Source: Candidatus Eiseniibacteriota bacterium
GTDB taxonomy: Bacteria; Eisenbacteria; RBG-16-71-46
Assembly (NCBI GenBank): GCA_963717505.1
Contig: OY970342.1
Location: forward strand, 32,001 to 96,000
DNA: 64,000 bases
Direction: 5' to 3'
The notes below the pieces were generated by a model. The model saw only the letters and a list, made by a program, of their open reading frames with translations. It was not told the DNA's origin and ran no database searches. Every line of letters begins with the position of its first letter. Within the stretch, counting starts at the first letter, position 1. The position numbers and the translations under genes were made by a program. Below, piece after piece: positions 60,815-64,000 of this stretch.

Positions 60815-60828
60815 GGTCCTGTCCTCCC

Positions 60829-61797
60829 TCACGGCACACGGACCAGGCGAATGCTCTGCCGTTCCGAGCCCGAGATCACCCAACCGCGATAGACACCCGG
60901 CGCACACATGCGCCCGGCGTCGTTCTTTCCGTCCCACGGGATGTCCCGATTGCCGGCGGGCAGCGCGCCCACGTCCAGACGGCGCACGCGGCGATTGCCG
61001 GAGTCGATGATCTCGACCGCGACGTCCGAAACCCCGCCGGGCGGCACGGTGACCGGGAGATTCACCGAGGCGAAGACGCTGCTGGGATTCGGATAGGCCT
61101 CGTCGACCTCGAGTCCCGCCGTCGTCCCCGTGGTTTCGTTCAAGTTGACCGAGGTGAAGGTGCGCGCGCTCTCGTTGCCCGAAATGTCCTGGGCCGAGAT
61201 CTGGTACCAAACCGTGGTGATCCCCGCCGGGACGCCGGTATCGAGGAACTCGGTGGACGTCACGAGTCCGCCCGAGGCCAGGATGTAGGGACCGGATTGC
61301 GAGGTCGCGCGGTAGACGCGATACCCGAGCAGATCCGGCTCCGGACTCGGATTCCAGCGGATGCGCACGTCCTCGCCCTCGCGAGTGGCGTGAACACCGT
61401 TCGGAGCGCCGGGCGGGGCCGTGTCGAGCTGCCACTCCCAGCGCACGATGTTCGAGATCGGCGACAGATTGCCGTCGTCGTCTCGAGTCTTGAGCGCGAA
61501 CCAGTAGGTCGTCCCGCGCACCAGGCCACGAACGGTGACCTGCTCGCGCGAGCCGGCGACCCGCGGAATCGGAAGGCCGTTGACCTGGGTCGCGGAATTG
61601 AAGTTGGAGTCGTTGATCTGCGACAGCGAGTAGCGCAGGTCGTAGTCGGTCGCGGTCCCGAGGGAGCCGTCGTCACCGGGTGCCGTCCAGCGGACGACGA
61701 CCGTGTCGACCCCCTGACCGTAAGCGAGGGCCGGTGCGAACACCGGCAGCCCGAGCACGGCGGCAAGCGGGAACCACGTGAGAAGCGCGGAGCGCAT
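60829..61797 (-). CDS. Secreted protein with two FN3 domains and FlgD/T9SS-like CTD
   Basis: WTAPGDDG FN3; W.P.PEPDL.GYRVYR FN3; YPNP...WDGKNDAG...PGVY. Start may be 61824. Confidence 0.82.
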   Translation of the reverse strand: MRSALLTWFPLAAVLGLPVFAPALAYGQGVDTVVVRWTAPGDDGSLGTATDYDLRYSLSQINDSNFNSATQVNGLPIPRVAGSREQVTVRGLVRGTTYWFALKTRDDDGNLSPISNIVRWEWQLDTAPPGAPNGVHATREGEDVRIRWNPSPEPDLLGYRVYRATSQSGPYILASGGLVTSTEFLDTGVPAGITTVWYQISAQDISGNESARTFTSVNLNETTGTTAGLEVDEAYPNPSSVFASVNLPVTVPPGGVSDVAVEIIDSGNRRVRRLDVGALPAGNRDIPWDGKNDAGRMCAPGVYRGWVISGSERQSIRLVRVP

Positions 61798-61825
61798 CGG
61801 GGCACGCGAGCGAGAGGCCGTCATC

Positions 61826-62647
61826 CTACCGGGCCTCCGTGCCACGGGGCCGCAACGCGTGCGACGTGCGCCAGCTGACGTGCACCCAGCCGACCGACAG
61901 GTCGCGCACCATGTCGGGCGCCATCGTGTCGGGCGTGATCGCATTGGGAACGTTGGACAACGCGGACACGTTGCCGGCGTCGTCGCCGACTCGCGCCGCG
62001 AAGTAGTAGCGAACCTGGCGGCTGAGCCCGGTCACGGTGTGGTTTTGCTGCGAACCCGGGCTGGCGGGCGAGGGTTCGCCACTGACCTGGTTCGCGCTAT
62101 TCCAGTTCGAAGTCGTGATGTTCGACGTCGAGTAGCGGAGGTCGTAGGTCGACGCGGTCCCGGTCAGGCTGTCGTCTCCGACCGCGGTCCACGACAGCAG
62201 CGCCGTCGTGTCGGTCACCGAGCCGATGGCGAGCACCAGCGGCGCCGGCCGTGCAGCATCCGGAGCGGCGAGCGTCGTCGCGTCGATCACGTTCGAGATC
62301 GGCGCCCAGTTCGGCACGTCGTCTGCGGTCTTGATTGCGATCCAGTACCGGGTGTTCGGCTGGAGCCCGGTGATGGTCGCGTTCTGTAGCGTGCCCGGGC
62401 CGCTCGGATTCGGCGTTCCGGTCCAGCGGGTGGCCGAACCGAAGTTGGAAGCGTTGATCTGCGAAGTCGAGTAGCGAAGGTCGAACTGATTAGCGGTTCC
62501 GACCATGCCGTCGTCTCCAGGTGTCGTCCACTCGATGCGGATACTCTGATCCGTCACTTGCGCCTGTGACGGGGCGGCCGGGAGGTTCAGCACGGCTGCG
62601 AGTAGCGCGGCCGCACCCCAGGATGCGTTTGCTCGGCGAAGTCTCAT
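61826..62647 (-). CDS. Secreted protein with two FN3 repeats
   Basis: Signal peptide ending SQA; two WTx(P/V)GDD...(F/Y)DLRYS...GL....Y repeats; GGAGGG RBS. Confidence 0.82.
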   Translation of the reverse strand: MRLRRANASWGAAALLAAVLNLPAAPSQAQVTDQSIRIEWTTPGDDGMVGTANQFDLRYSTSQINASNFGSATRWTGTPNPSGPGTLQNATITGLQPNTRYWIAIKTADDVPNWAPISNVIDATTLAAPDAARPAPLVLAIGSVTDTTALLSWTAVGDDSLTGTASTYDLRYSTSNITTSNWNSANQVSGEPSPASPGSQQNHTVTGLSRQVRYYFAARVGDDAGNVSALSNVPNAITPDTMAPDMVRDLSVGWVHVSWRTSHALRPRGTEAR

Positions 62648-62779
62648 GTCCCCTCCAGGGTCGCCGGCCCGAACGGACCGGCAGAGGCGCGACCAACAAG
62701 GCGAGGTGCAGATGCGCAGACTGCGAGGGGAAGCCCCCAGGGATGCAGTGCAACGATGTCTGAACCTCGAGGGAGGCAA

Positions 62780-62895
62780 GGCTGCGGCCCGGTCAGCATG
62801 AACTGTGCCCGGTGTGTCATCGCGAAATGCAGCGCGTGAGAGGGCCGTGGCTGCGTGGGTTTGGCCCCTTCACCCCGCGGGTATCGGTTGCCTCG
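62780..62895 (-). ncRNA. Possible divergent c-di-GMP-I (GEMM)-like riboswitch
   Basis: Minus strand GGCAACC...GGGGCCAAACCCACG...GCCACGG...GACCGGGCCGC in the leader of the FN3/PorV operon; lacks the canonical GAAA tetraloop. Confidence 0.3.
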
Positions 62896-63001
62896 CGGGC
62901 GAACTGCACGAAATTCTCCGGTGCTCCCGAGGTCTACTGACGCCGGTGGTCGCGTGCGGCGTGCAACGGCGGGTCGTGGACGATGCAACGGGGTTGCCGC
63001 G

Positions 63002-63031
63002 TTGACAGGCCGCCCTGGCCACGCCTAACGT
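63002..63031 (+). promoter_or_regulatory. Putative sigma70 promoter for the pilT-like gene
   Basis: TTGACA-18bp-TAACGT. Confidence 0.5.
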
Positions 63032-63218
63032 CCCGGATCACGAAGAGCGGGGTGGGTTTGTCGGAACCCGAAGCCGGGCTCGTTCGCGCCAGCGCGCCCG
63101 CAGGTTCACAGGATCTTTTCCCCCGTCGCGGACGATATTCCCTACACTCGAATGGTGGTCAGGGCCGGAGCCGGCAACCCCGCCGGGCCGGGCCGCCCCC
63201 GCATCTCCACGGAGCCCC

Positions 63219-64000
63219 ATGCCGGTCCTCCCCATCGACCGCGACGCCATCCTCCGCCGTGCCGCGGAGCTCGGGGCCTCCGACCTGATCCTCACCGCCG
63301 GGCACCCGGTCATGATCACGGTGGCGGGCGTGTTTCAGCCGATGACGGACTCTCCGACCCTGCGCGCCGAGGACACGCGCGCGCTGGTCACCAGCTTCCT
63401 CACGCCCGAGAACCTCGAGCGCTTCGAGCGCGACATGGAGCTGGACACGCGGGTATTCCTCCCGGGGAGTGCCCACTTCCGCGTCAACCTGTTCGTTCAG
63501 CGCGGGTCCTGGGGCGCGGCGATCCGCATCGTGCCGCTCAAGATCCCGATTCCCTCCGAGATCGGGCTGCCGCCGCACATGGTCAGTCGCATGCTCGGCT
63601 TCACGCGCGGCCTGATCCTGGTGACCGGGCCGACCGGGGCCGGGAAGTCGACGACCATCGCGGCACTTCTCGAGCAGCTGAACCAGAGCGAGGGGCACCG
63701 GCACGTGGTCACCATCGAAGACCCGATCGAGTTCGTCTTCGAGGCCAAGAACGCCGTGTTCGACCAGCGCGAGGTCGGGGTCGACACCCGCACCTACGCG
63801 CGCGGGCTGAAGGGCGCCCTGCGCCAGTTGCCGCACGTGATCTTCGTCGGCGAGATGCGGGATCTTTCGAGCATTGCCATCGCCCTGACCGCGGCCGAGA
63901 CCGGCAACCTGGTGATTTCGACCATGGCCACCCAGTCGGCGCCTCAGACCGTGACCCGCGTGATCGACGCCTTCCCGGCGCACCAGCAGCCCCAGATCCG
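63219..64000 (+). CDS. PilT/PilU-family ATPase, divergent (runs off window edge)
   Basis: Not in the ORF track; read manually: GASDLILTAG, FRVN.F, GPTGAGKST, TIEDPIEF, QREVG, VGEMRD. Confidence 0.92.
   Translation, partial: MPVLPIDRDAILRRAAELGASDLILTAGHPVMITVAGVFQPMTDSPTLRAEDTRALVTSFLTPENLERFERDMELDTRVFLPGSAHFRVNLFVQRGSWGAAIRIVPLKIPIPSEIGLPPHMVSRMLGFTRGLILVTGPTGAGKSTTIAALLEQLNQSEGHRHVVTIEDPIEFVFEAKNAVFDQREVGVDTRTYARGLKGALRQLPHVIFVGEMRDLSSIAIALTAAETGNLVISTMATQSAPQTVTRVIDAFPAHQQPQI

Noticed and set aside
63157-63180. SRP RNA-like GGTCAGGGCCGGAG
   Set aside because: Lacks the GGAA tetraloop stem and AGCAG internal loop of the SRP S-domain.

Overview
High-GC bacterial chromosomal window with about 50 genes. 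PorV-like barrel, FlgD/T9SS-like C-terminal domains and lipoproteins point to a diderm FCB-superphylum organism such as Ca. Eisenbacteria; this taxonomy is inference only. No rRNA, tRNA, CRISPR array, integrase or IS is visible. Content in order: sigma54 activator/AlaX operon; moaC-moeA; an etfBA-nuoAHJKLMN operon encoding only the membrane arm of complex I; 2-hydroxyacid dehydrogenase-mobA-lysA; a secreted beta-propeller; a heterodimeric ABC exporter; an envelope-glycosylation cluster; an abgT relic; YjgN-M48; macAB without ATPase; a DHOR-porin pair behind a DtxR/MntR-like box; a scrambled 2-oxoacid dehydrogenase operon containing a secreted prolyl oligopeptidase; an S8 protease flanked by stand-alone propeptide-like and PPC lipoproteins; an FN3-FN3-PorV/LysM operon; and a PilT lacking its His box. 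Several single-base frameshifts look like long-read errors. Best novelty candidates: the ETF-linked membrane-arm-only complex I, the propeptide/S8/PPC module and the PorV-LysM operon. All calls come from reading motifs by eye; no database searches were run.
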